Shown here: positions 8,801 through 18,300 of the stretch, piece by piece
Position numbering within the stretch: the first letter of the stretch is position 1
How the letters are laid out: each line of letters starts with the position of its first letter
NCBI GenBank assembly: GCA_021648145.1
Contig: JAKITI010000005.1
Location: 82,427-146,426 of the forward strand
Length of the DNA stretch: 64,000 bases
Reading direction: 5' to 3'
From: Gammaproteobacteria bacterium
GTDB taxonomy: Bacteria; Pseudomonadota; Gammaproteobacteria; JAADGQ01
The notes under the pieces: generated by a model
The model's database searches: none
The model's input: the letters and a program-made list of their open reading frames with translations, nothing else
What the model was told of the DNA's origin: nothing
Position numbers and translations under genes: made by a program

Positions 8801-10390
8801 ATGAATGACAGTAACCGATTAGCATCGGACTTATCTCCTGATTTGGGGCTGGATCAATTCCCGCAAGAGCCTTTTGATGATACAGATTCTCCTGAATTTT
8901 TTTACCCTGAGCACACCCGTATTCAGCGCTTACGTCTTTTATTACACCTTACATCACTGGATGAAATATTATTAATCATCGGCCAGCCAGGGGCTGGAAA
9001 AACAATGTTACTCAAGCAGTTTTTACTTCAAGCCAAAGAGAATGCTTCGGTCAATTTAATTGATGTTTCTGATATAAAAAATGAGATCCAGTTTCTCACG
9101 TCAATCGCTGAAGTCCTCGGCCTTGATCTGACTCAAAAAGAACCTGAACAGCCTTTAAAACATCAAATTCTTGATGCAATCAAAGATCTGCAACAAACAA
9201 AATTACGCACAATCCTAGCCATTGATAATGCTCACAAGTTAAACATAGAGTGCCTTCAATGCATAGAAGCGATTGTTCGTCATACCCAGCAACATAGCAA
9301 GCCTCTGCACATCGTGATCGCTGGGGATACCGAGATCCAGGAAACATTAGAACATCCAGACCTTAAAGCGCTAAAACAGAGCATTCTTCATACATTTGAA
9401 ATCCCACCTTTTGATGAACATCAAACGAAAGAGTATATTCTGCATCGCCTGCATGCAGCCAATTATCATAACCACGCATTATTTACACCTGCAATAATTA
9501 AAAAAATTTATAAACAATCAGAAGGGCTGCCTGAACGCATCAATACATTAGCCCGCCAAACCATTAACTCACAGGAAGAGCTGGCATTATTTGCATTTGA
9601 GACAACGACAGAAGAATCACAAGAAGAAAAGCCGACTTTAGCTTTTGTCCAAAAAATTAAAAATATGTGGAATACAAAAAGGCTTATTCCAGTCATACTG
9701 ATTGCCAGCGTTATTGCATTCATTTTTATTTTACAAAGCATCATCAGTAACCACTTTACCGATGAAACAACCACTCAACACACAGAAGCACTTATATTAC
9801 CCACAATTGACAAGACGACACAGCAACCTATTGCCACGAACAAAATAACAGAAAATTCAAACAACTCTTATTCGGCAACAAGTCAAATACCACCTAACAC
9901 CACCAATCAACAAACAACGCCAGAACCCACCGCAACCGAAACACCGCAGCACCCCAAAGAAGCAGAGCCTGAAATTATTCAGGAAATAGTCAATACCCCT
10001 AAGCCCATATCAAAGCCACCGATTACCACAATACAACAAACAAAAGCTGTGCCTGTTCAAACAGAAAAACAGACGACAAAAACACCTGCGATAAAAAACA
10101 AAGAGTGGGTTAACAAACAAAACGAAGAGCACTATACTTTACAGATATTTGCAGTCAGCAAAAAAGAGGCGATGCTTGACTTTATCCAAGACAATCAACT
10201 CATGGATCAAAGCACCTACTTAGGTTTTGAACGTAATGGTACAAATTTATACGTGATGTTCTATGGAAGTTATGAAAATCGTGACCTTGCCTCTAAAGCA
10301 ATCAACAATCTTCCCGTCTCACTTGCAAGCTTCAAGCCCTGGATACGCAGTTATGGCAGTATTCAAGAAGCAATAAAAAATAACCCATGA
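8801..10390 (+). CDS. ExeA/MshM-like AAA ATPase, then a TM segment, a Thr/Pro/Gln-rich linker and a C-terminal SPOR (peptidoglycan-binding) domain
   Basis: Has a Walker A motif (GQPGAGKTMLLKQF), Walker B-like ILAIDNAH and the TM segment LIPVILIASVIAFIFIL. A low-complexity linker spans ~9780-10090. The SPOR-like end reads EHYTLQIFAVSKKEAMLDFIQDN...LYVMFYGSYENRDLASKAINNLP. Confidence 0.7.
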   Translation: MNDSNRLASDLSPDLGLDQFPQEPFDDTDSPEFFYPEHTRIQRLRLLLHLTSLDEILLIIGQPGAGKTMLLKQFLLQAKENASVNLIDVSDIKNEIQFLTSIAEVLGLDLTQKEPEQPLKHQILDAIKDLQQTKLRTILAIDNAHKLNIECLQCIEAIVRHTQQHSKPLHIVIAGDTEIQETLEHPDLKALKQSILHTFEIPPFDEHQTKEYILHRLHAANYHNHALFTPAIIKKIYKQSEGLPERINTLARQTINSQEELALFAFETTTEESQEEKPTLAFVQKIKNMWNTKRLIPVILIASVIAFIFILQSIISNHFTDETTTQHTEALILPTIDKTTQQPIATNKITENSNNSYSATSQIPPNTTNQQTTPEPTATETPQHPKEAEPEIIQEIVNTPKPISKPPITTIQQTKAVPVQTEKQTTKTPAIKNKEWVNKQNEEHYTLQIFAVSKKEAMLDFIQDNQLMDQSTYLGFERNGTNLYVMFYGSYENRDLASKAINNLPVSLASFKPWIRSYGSIQEAIKNNP

Positions 10391-10397
10391 CACACAC

Positions 10398-10425
10398 AAA
10401 AGGGAGCTCACACTCCCTTTTTTAT
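10398..10425. terminator. Rho-independent terminator between convergent genes
   Basis: aaagggag-ctcaca-ctcccttttttatt: a GC-containing stem followed by a T-run, 8 nt after the stop at 10390. An A-run on the other side could serve ppa on the minus strand. Confidence 0.7.
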
Positions 10426-10441
10426 TATTGAATTATGAAAA

Positions 10442-10978
10442 TTACTTCAGCGAATCTTCGTAACGCTTAACACCTTCAATAATTTCAGCTTTAGCTTCAT
10501 CTACACCCACCCAATTTTCCACTTTAACCCATTTATTAGGCTCCAGATCTTTATAATGTTCAAAAAAGTGAGTAATCTGGTCGAGTAACAGTTGCGAAAG
10601 ATCTTCAGGTTTTTTGACATTAGAGTAAATCTTGCTGAGCTTATCAACAGGCACTGCAATCAATTTTGCATCAAAACCTGCTTCATCCGTCATGCGAAGC
10701 ATTCCGACTGGGCGTACGCGTATGACCGCACCACTTACTAAAGGAAATGGTGTCACGACCAATACATCAACAGGGTCACCATCATCAGATAAAGTGTTTG
10801 GCACATAACCATAATTGCAAGGATAGTGCATGGCTGTGCTCATAAAACGATCAACAAATAGTGCACCGCTATCTTTGTCTACTTCATACTTTACTGGATC
10901 ACTATGAGCAGGAATTTCGATAATGACATTGACATCGTTAGGTACATCTTTGCCCACACTGACTGCATTTAAACTCAT
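10442..10978 (-). CDS. ppa: Inorganic pyrophosphatase
   Basis: [74 protein letters not shown]... is colinear with family I PPase. The start is moved to MSLNAV, which is preceded by AGGAGA. Confidence 0.95.
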   Translation of the reverse strand: MSLNAVSVGKDVPNDVNVIIEIPAHSDPVKYEVDKDSGALFVDRFMSTAMHYPCNYGYVPNTLSDDGDPVDVLVVTPFPLVSGAVIRVRPVGMLRMTDEAGFDAKLIAVPVDKLSKIYSNVKKPEDLSQLLLDQITHFFEHYKDLEPNKWVKVENWVGVDEAKAEIIEGVKRYEDSLK

Positions 10979-11223
10979 TGTTTTAATTTCTCCTGTTTGA
11001 TTGTTCACTTCACCGAGAACAAACCATCCTGTTCTTACGATGAGTGTATAACTTTATAAAGATTGGAAATAGAAAAGATTATGAAACGCAACGAATTATA
11101 GCGTTCTCGTCGCTAAATCTCAAAAATGCAATCAAACACAATATAAATCATGTCGTTTTATTGCCAAATCAGGCATAGTTTCGATTATAATATTTGCAAT
11201 ATTCAATCAAAGAGGTATTCGCT

Positions 11224-12893
<1,670 letters not shown>

Positions 12894-12967
12894 TCTGGTT
12901 TTAAAGGGATCGCACAATAGGTAAGTTATTTCGTGACCGCTCCTTAGTTAAACATGTTGGATTGATT

Positions 12968-13519
12968 ATGTGCACAATTGATCGAAAACAAAGTTTAGAG
13001 TTGACTCCGCAAAAGTCAATATTTTTCTATTTGCAGAACGGATGGCTACGTGCTGTTCTGTTTGCCCTGATTTGGTGGATACTCACTGATGGCGTGGCCG
13101 CTTCATGGCTGGTTGGCGCGCCAGTGGTGGTGCTGGCGACATTGGCCAGCATGGCGCTACTGCCCCCTTTTTCCTGCTCCTTGCTCGGAGTTGTACGATT
13201 TGTACCTTTTTTTCTCTGGCGCTCCCTGTGTGGCGGAGCGGACGTGGCCAGACGAGCCCTACATCCACGGCTGCCAATCTCTCCAGGAGTGTTTGATTAC
13301 CCATGGCGATTGCCACCAGGGCTGCCTCGACTCTTTATGGCCAACACCGTAAGCCTGCTGCCAGGGACGTTGAGCGCCGAGCTAAGCGAGAAGTATCTGC
13401 ACGTTCATGTGCTCGATCAAACCGTTGCGTTTACCGAGTCATTGAAGGTATTGGAGCAGCAGGTGGCCGGAGTGTTTGGAATTAAGTTGCTGGAAACAGA
13501 CCGCTGCGGGGGTAAGTGA
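12968..13519 (+). CDS. mrpE: Mrp/Mnh antiporter subunit E
   Basis: ...WLRAVLFALIWWILTDG...LLPGTLSAEL...LHVHVLD is the typical MnhE layout. The start is uncertain: ATG 12968, TTG 12962 or TTG 13031. The last would give a typical ~162-aa protein and coincides with the G+C jump. Confidence 0.7.
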   Translation: MCTIDRKQSLELTPQKSIFFYLQNGWLRAVLFALIWWILTDGVAASWLVGAPVVVLATLASMALLPPFSCSLLGVVRFVPFFLWRSLCGGADVARRALHPRLPISPGVFDYPWRLPPGLPRLFMANTVSLLPGTLSAELSEKYLHVHVLDQTVAFTESLKVLEQQVAGVFGIKLLETDRCGGK

Positions 13520-13522
13520 GCG

Positions 13523-13795
13523 ATGGAGCTGTTGTATTTGGGCGTGGCGCTGTTTCTCTTATTGACGTTGATTGCCGGGCTGTGGCGCGTATTGCGCGGC
13601 CCGACAGCGGCAGACCGTATGCTTGCAGCGCAGTTATTTGGCACCACTGCGGTGGCCTCTCTGCTGCTGCTGGCGCAAGCGTTTGATCAGCCACCGTTGC
13701 GTGATGTGGCGCTGGTGTTCGCACTGCTGGCGGCAGTAACCGCCGTTGCCTTTGTGCGACGTATCTGGGCAGCTGGAGAGCAGAACCGTGACTGA
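13523..13795 (+). CDS. mrpF: Mrp/Mnh antiporter subunit F
   Basis: 90-aa three-TM protein containing LRGPTAADRMLA..., the MnhF signature region. It starts 3 nt after the mrpE stop. Confidence 0.8.
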   Translation: MELLYLGVALFLLLTLIAGLWRVLRGPTAADRMLAAQLFGTTAVASLLLLAQAFDQPPLRDVALVFALLAAVTAVAFVRRIWAAGEQNRD

Positions 13796-14081
13796 CACCC
13801 TGACATCACTACTGTTGATTACCGGGGCGATATTCTTTTTGGCGGGAACCGTTGGCCTGCTGCGTTTCCCCGACATCTATACCCGCCTGCATGCGCTGAC
13901 CAAGGCTGACAACGTGGGGCTGGGACTGGTGGTTGTAGCCCTTGCCCTGCAGGCGGAATCACTGGCCGCTGCGGGCAAGCTGCTATTGATCTGGGGGCTG
14001 GTGTTGCTCGCGGGCGCCAGTATTGCCCATTTAGTGGCCACCACAGCGCGGCAAAGAGGGATTAAACCGTGGAAGCGGTAA
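13788..14081 (+). CDS. mrpG: Mrp/Mnh antiporter subunit G
   Basis: VTDTLTSLLLITGAIFFLAGTVGLLRFPDIYTRLHALTKAD... is the canonical MnhG N-terminus. GTG 13788 overlaps the mrpF stop. The ORF-track maximal start at 13746 was rejected. Confidence 0.8.
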   Translation: MTDTLTSLLLITGAIFFLAGTVGLLRFPDIYTRLHALTKADNVGLGLVVVALALQAESLAAAGKLLLIWGLVLLAGASIAHLVATTARQRGIKPWKR

Positions 14082-14374
14082 CTCTGTTGCAGCAGGCATT
14101 CGATGCCGTGCTGGGGGTCGCTTTGTTATGGCTGGCCTGGCAGGCGCTGGCAAGTCCAGAACTGTTTCGGGCGATTGTGCTGTTTATCGCCTTCGGGCTG
14201 TTGATGGCGCTGGCCTGGGTGCGGCTTGATGCCCCAGATGTCGCCTTGGCTGAGGCGGCTATCGGCGCGGGTCTGACAGGTGCTCTGTTACTGGCGGCAC
14301 TAGCAAGGCTCGAATCAAAAAACAAAACAGAGACCCGCCACAAGCGTGACAGGGAGAGCGGAAAGCATGACTGA
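14069..14374 (+). CDS. DUF4040 / MbhD-like subunit (equivalent to the C-terminal part of MrpA)
   Basis: 101 aa with three TM segments: ...ALLWLAWQALASPELFRAIVLFIAFGLLMALAWVRLDAPDVALAEAAIGAGLTG. The GTG start overlaps the end of mrpG. Confidence 0.7.
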   Translation: MEAVTLLQQAFDAVLGVALLWLAWQALASPELFRAIVLFIAFGLLMALAWVRLDAPDVALAEAAIGAGLTGALLLAALARLESKNKTETRHKRDRESGKHD

Positions 14375-15050
14375 TGAGGCTAAACATCCACAGCTGTTTC
14401 GGTGGCTGCTTGTGGGGCTACTCTCTGTTCTGGCCGCAGGGCTTGGCTACGCGATACTGAGCCTGCCAGCGTTGAGTCCTGGTTTGAGTGAACAGGTCGC
14501 GTTAAAACTCGACACCAGCGGTGTAAGCAATCCGGTCACTGCGGTGCTGCTTAACTTCCGTGCTTACGACACCTTGCTAGAGTTGGCTGTGCTGCTGCTG
14601 GCACTGCTGGGAATCTGGTCACTCGGGAGCATTCAGGAACGCCACGAGCCATCCCCCGGCCCAGTGCTGGATATGCTATCGCGCCTGCTGGTTCCGTTAC
14701 TGATTCTAGTAGCTGGCTACCTGCTGTGGGTTGGTTCCCACGCGCCGGGCGGTGCCTTTCAGGCCGGTTCGGTGCTGGGGGCAGCCGGGGTGTTGTTGTT
14801 GCTAGCGGGTTGGCGTATTGAAGCTCAATTTACGGGACTATCACTACGTATTGTGCTGGTCATGGGGCTGGGAGTGTTTGTGGTGGTGGGGGTCGTGGCA
14901 ATACTCCAAGGGGGGCAGCTACTGGAATACCCACCCTCATTTGCCGCCACACTGATACTGCTGATCGAGGCCGCAGCCACCGTGTCTATTGGTATTACCT
15001 TGGCCGCCCTGTTTCTGGGTGGTCGACCGGAGACAGAGGAGCGCAGATGA
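14367..15050 (+). CDS. mrpB: Mrp/Mnh antiporter subunit B
   Basis: Carries ...GVSNPVTAVLLNFRAYDTLLELAVLLLALLG, the MnhB signature, and ...HAPGGAFQAGSVLG. ATG 14367 overlaps the upstream stop and has GGAGAG upstream. Confidence 0.8.
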   Translation: MTDEAKHPQLFRWLLVGLLSVLAAGLGYAILSLPALSPGLSEQVALKLDTSGVSNPVTAVLLNFRAYDTLLELAVLLLALLGIWSLGSIQERHEPSPGPVLDMLSRLLVPLLILVAGYLLWVGSHAPGGAFQAGSVLGAAGVLLLLAGWRIEAQFTGLSLRIVLVMGLGVFVVVGVVAILQGGQLLEYPPSFAATLILLIEAAATVSIGITLAALFLGGRPETEERR

Positions 15051-15355
15051 ACGCCGCTTTCCTCTATGCACTGGTCGGAACCGGACTGTTTACTCTGGGT
15101 CTCTACGCTTTGATTATTCACCCGCACCTGCTGCGCAAGATCCTCGCCCTTAATGTGATGGGCAGTGGGGTGTTTCTGGTATTGGTGGCACTCGCGGCTC
15201 GTAGTGATGGGGGCGCACCGGATCCTGTTCCGCACGCCATGGTGATTACCGGCATCGTGGTGGCCATTTCGGCCACAGCTCTGGCGCTGGCACTGCTGCT
15301 GAGAATGCAGGCTGAAACAGGTCGGGCTGAGCTTCCCGAAGAGCCGTTGGAATAA
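15047..15355 (+). CDS. mrpC: Mrp/Mnh antiporter subunit C (NuoK-like)
   Basis: 102 aa: MNAAFLYALVGTGLFTLGLYALIIHPHLLRKILALNVMGSGVFLVLVA...DPVPHAMVITGIVVAISATALALAL. ATGA overlap with mrpB. Confidence 0.85.
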   Translation: MNAAFLYALVGTGLFTLGLYALIIHPHLLRKILALNVMGSGVFLVLVALAARSDGGAPDPVPHAMVITGIVVAISATALALALLLRMQAETGRAELPEEPLE

Positions 15356-15361
15356 CTACTG

Positions 15362-16807
15362 GTGCCTGTGTCAATACTGGATATCCACTGGGGTGTGTTG
15401 GTCATTTTGTTGCCACTGGCCGGTGCTGTGGCCTGTTTTTTGTGGCCACGGCGTAACGTACCGCTGGGCCTGGTTAGTGCATTGGGTATTGTCACCTGCG
15501 TCGCAGGGCTGGGCTGGCAGGTGGTGAAACAGGGTACGCAACGCTATGAAGTTGGCGGTTGGGGCGCGCCGCTAGGTATCGACCTTTACGCTGATGGCCT
15601 GAGTTTGCTGATGCTGATGGTAACGGCAGTGGTGGGGCTGAGCATCAGCGTCTATTCCTGCTGCTATTTTGATCGAGACAAAGGGCAACATTTTTGGCCG
15701 CTGTGGTTGTTACTGTGGGCAGCGCTGAACGCCCTGTTTCTCTCCGCCGACATATTCAATCTCTACGTCACCCTAGAGCTGATGGGGTTAGCAGCAGTGG
15801 CGCTGGTGGCATTAGCTGGGGGTGCGCATGCACTGAACGGTGCTATGCGTTACCTGCTGGTCAGCCTGCTGGGGTCGCTGTGCTATCTGCTGGGTGTTGC
15901 GCTGCTCTATCATAGCTTTGGTAGCGTTGACATTGCGATATTGGCCACGCGGGTAGAGCCTTCCCCCGCCGCGTGGGTAGCGATGGGGCTGATAAGTGCC
16001 GGATTGCTGCTTAAAACGGCGCTGTTTCCGCTGCACTTTTGGCTACCATCGGCCCATGCTAGTGCCCCGACACCCGTAAGCGCGCTGCTGTCCGCGCTGG
16101 TGGTGAAAGCGTCGTTTTATATTTTGCTGCGTCTGTGGCTGGAGGTCTTCCCTCTGGCCAACGCCGCGCTGGCTCAGTTACTGGGTTTGCTCGGCGCGGC
16201 GGCTGTGCTCTGGGGCGGATTTCAGGCGCTGCGCCAGACGCGACTTAAATTGCTGATCGCCTACTCCACCGTGGCACAAATAGGCTATCTGTTTCTGGCC
16301 TTTCCGTTGGCGAGCATCACTGGCTGGAGGGGGGCGCTCTATCTGCTGCTATCCCACGCCGCAGCCAAGACGGCCATGTTCATGGCGGCTGGCAACATCC
16401 TCTATTTTGGCGGACATGATCGTATTGCCGACCTTGATCGTGTCGTGCAGCAACTGCCCCTAACGATGACTGCCTTTGCCCTGGCGGGTGTCAGCATTAT
16501 GGGTCTGCCACCCAGTGGCGGATTTATCGCCAAATGGCTGCTGTTGGAGGCGGCTATTCGTTCGGGGCAGTGGTGGTGGGGAGTCATCCTGATTCTGGGC
16601 GGAATGCTCACCGCCGCTTGGGTCTTCAAGGTTATTGGCTACGCCTTTACCCAGTCCGGGGCACCCCACAACACCAGGACAGTGCCCATTAGTATGGAAT
16701 GGACCGCTCTGGCCATGGCATTGCTCGCCATTGCGCTGGGTCTATTTGCCCCCTGGCCGCTGGCATTAATGGAGATCGGTTTACCTTTTGCTGGGGAGGC
16801 GCTATGA
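15362..16807 (+). CDS. mrpD: Antiporter-like subunit 1 (MrpD/NuoN-M family)
   Basis: 481 aa with a GTG start. It has the TM5 Glu (NLYVTLELMG), the TM7 Lys plus WLP motif (LLLKTALFPLHFWLPSAHASAPTPVSALLSALVVKAS) and the TM12 Lys (HAAAKTAMFMAAG). Confidence 0.85.
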   Translation: MPVSILDIHWGVLVILLPLAGAVACFLWPRRNVPLGLVSALGIVTCVAGLGWQVVKQGTQRYEVGGWGAPLGIDLYADGLSLLMLMVTAVVGLSISVYSCCYFDRDKGQHFWPLWLLLWAALNALFLSADIFNLYVTLELMGLAAVALVALAGGAHALNGAMRYLLVSLLGSLCYLLGVALLYHSFGSVDIAILATRVEPSPAAWVAMGLISAGLLLKTALFPLHFWLPSAHASAPTPVSALLSALVVKASFYILLRLWLEVFPLANAALAQLLGLLGAAAVLWGGFQALRQTRLKLLIAYSTVAQIGYLFLAFPLASITGWRGALYLLLSHAAAKTAMFMAAGNILYFGGHDRIADLDRVVQQLPLTMTAFALAGVSIMGLPPSGGFIAKWLLLEAAIRSGQWWWGVILILGGMLTAAWVFKVIGYAFTQSGAPHNTRTVPISMEWTALAMALLAIALGLFAPWPLALMEIGLPFAGEAL

Positions 16808-18300
16808 ACTGGGATACCGGGCTGCCACTGCTCGTTCTTGCCAGCTCACTGTTGCCGGGATTGGTTATTTTTTTTCTGCCCGAGGAGCGCGTTGCAGCCC
16901 GTACCCGCTTAAATTTGGCCGGTGCCGTACTCAAACTGGTGCTGGTCGGGGTGATGATCTGGGGTGTTTTTCACGGCCACCATTACGAGGCTCGATTGCC
17001 CCTGCTGCCGGGACTGGATCTGGTGCTACGTGCAGATCCTCTATCAATGTTGTTTGTAGTGCTTTCAGCAGTTCTGTGGCTGGTAACAACCGTCTATGCC
17101 ATCGGCTACCTTGAGGATTCGCCGAACCGCAGCCGCTTTTTCGGATTTTTCAGCCTCTGCGTGACCGCCACGGTTGGGGTGGCATTGGCTGGCAACCTGA
17201 TTACCTTTTTGCTGTTTTACGAACTGCTAACCCTCGCCACCTACCCGCTGATTGTGCATCGTGGCACCGACGAGGCGCGCAAAGCCGGACGTACCTATCT
17301 GATCTACACCGTTGCAGGCGGCGCTTTGTTGCTGATCGGCACAGTATGGCTGTACACCCTTACCGGCACCCTGGAGTTCACCGCACGCGGTTTTTTATCC
17401 GTTCTGGATGAATCACACCACACAGCCCTGATCGTCATATTCATACTCTTGATCGCCGGCTTGGGCGTGAAGGCCGCTCTGATTCCCCTGCATGGCTGGC
17501 TACCACAGGCAATGGTAGCCCCCGCTCCGGTAAGCGCATTGTTGCATGCGGTTGCGGTAGTGAAGGCGGGTGCCTTCGGTATCGTGCGCGTGGTCTACGA
17601 TGTCTATGGCATCCAGTTTGCAGCGAGCCTAGGGGTGATGTTGCCATTGGCGATAGTGGCCGCTGTAACTATTATTTACGCTTCGATGCGAGCACTATTT
17701 CAGGATGATCTGAAACGCCGACTGGCATTCTCCACCGTCAGCCAGGTTGCCTATATCGTGCTTGGCATCGCTATTGTCGGTCCTATTGCGGCTGTCGGTG
17801 GCTTGGTGCATCTGGTGCATCAGGGCGTGATGAAAATCACCCTGTTTTTCTGCGCCGGCAATCTGGCCGAGACGCTGGGAATTCACAAAGTCAGCGAAAT
17901 GAATGGTGTCGGGAAGCGCATGCCCTGGACCATGGCCGCCTTTACTATCGCCGCCTTTGGCATGATTGGCGCGCCACCACTGGCCGGTTTTATCAGTAAA
18001 TGGTATCTGGGGTTAGGGGCACTGGATGTCGGACAGGGATGGGTGGTTTTTATCCTCGCTGGCAGCAGCCTGCTTAACGCGGCCTATTTCCTGCCTATTC
18101 TGTACGCTGCCTGGTTCAAGGAGCCAGTTGGCTCATGGCCTGCCGAGCGTTGCTTCGGGCGGCATGAGACGGCGTGGGCGCTATTGGCGCCACCACTGGT
18201 GACCGCTTTTCTCACCCTGACCCTGGGCTTGCTGGCATCAGCGCCGTTCAGCCCGCTGCAATGGGCGCGTTTTATCACAACTCTGGAATATGCGCCATGA
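16804..18300 (+). CDS. Antiporter-like subunit 2 (MrpD/MrpA-NuoL family)
   Basis: ATG 16804 overlaps the upstream stop (ATGA). Motifs present: FLLFYELLTLATYPLIV, GVKAALIPLHGWLPQAMVAPAPVSALLHAVAVVKAG and HQGVMKITLFFCAG. Confidence 0.85.
   Translation: MNWDTGLPLLVLASSLLPGLVIFFLPEERVAARTRLNLAGAVLKLVLVGVMIWGVFHGHHYEARLPLLPGLDLVLRADPLSMLFVVLSAVLWLVTTVYAIGYLEDSPNRSRFFGFFSLCVTATVGVALAGNLITFLLFYELLTLATYPLIVHRGTDEARKAGRTYLIYTVAGGALLLIGTVWLYTLTGTLEFTARGFLSVLDESHHTALIVIFILLIAGLGVKAALIPLHGWLPQAMVAPAPVSALLHAVAVVKAGAFGIVRVVYDVYGIQFAASLGVMLPLAIVAAVTIIYASMRALFQDDLKRRLAFSTVSQVAYIVLGIAIVGPIAAVGGLVHLVHQGVMKITLFFCAGNLAETLGIHKVSEMNGVGKRMPWTMAAFTIAAFGMIGAPPLAGFISKWYLGLGALDVGQGWVVFILAGSSLLNAAYFLPILYAAWFKEPVGSWPAERCFGRHETAWALLAPPLVTAFLTLTLGLLASAPFSPLQWARFITTLEYAP

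Noticed and set aside
11161-11191. Candidate sigma-70 promoter for adk (TTGCCA ... TATAAT).
   Set aside because: The spacing between the hexamers is 19 nt, outside the preferred 16-18 nt. I could not support it further in AT-rich DNA, where such hexamers are frequent.
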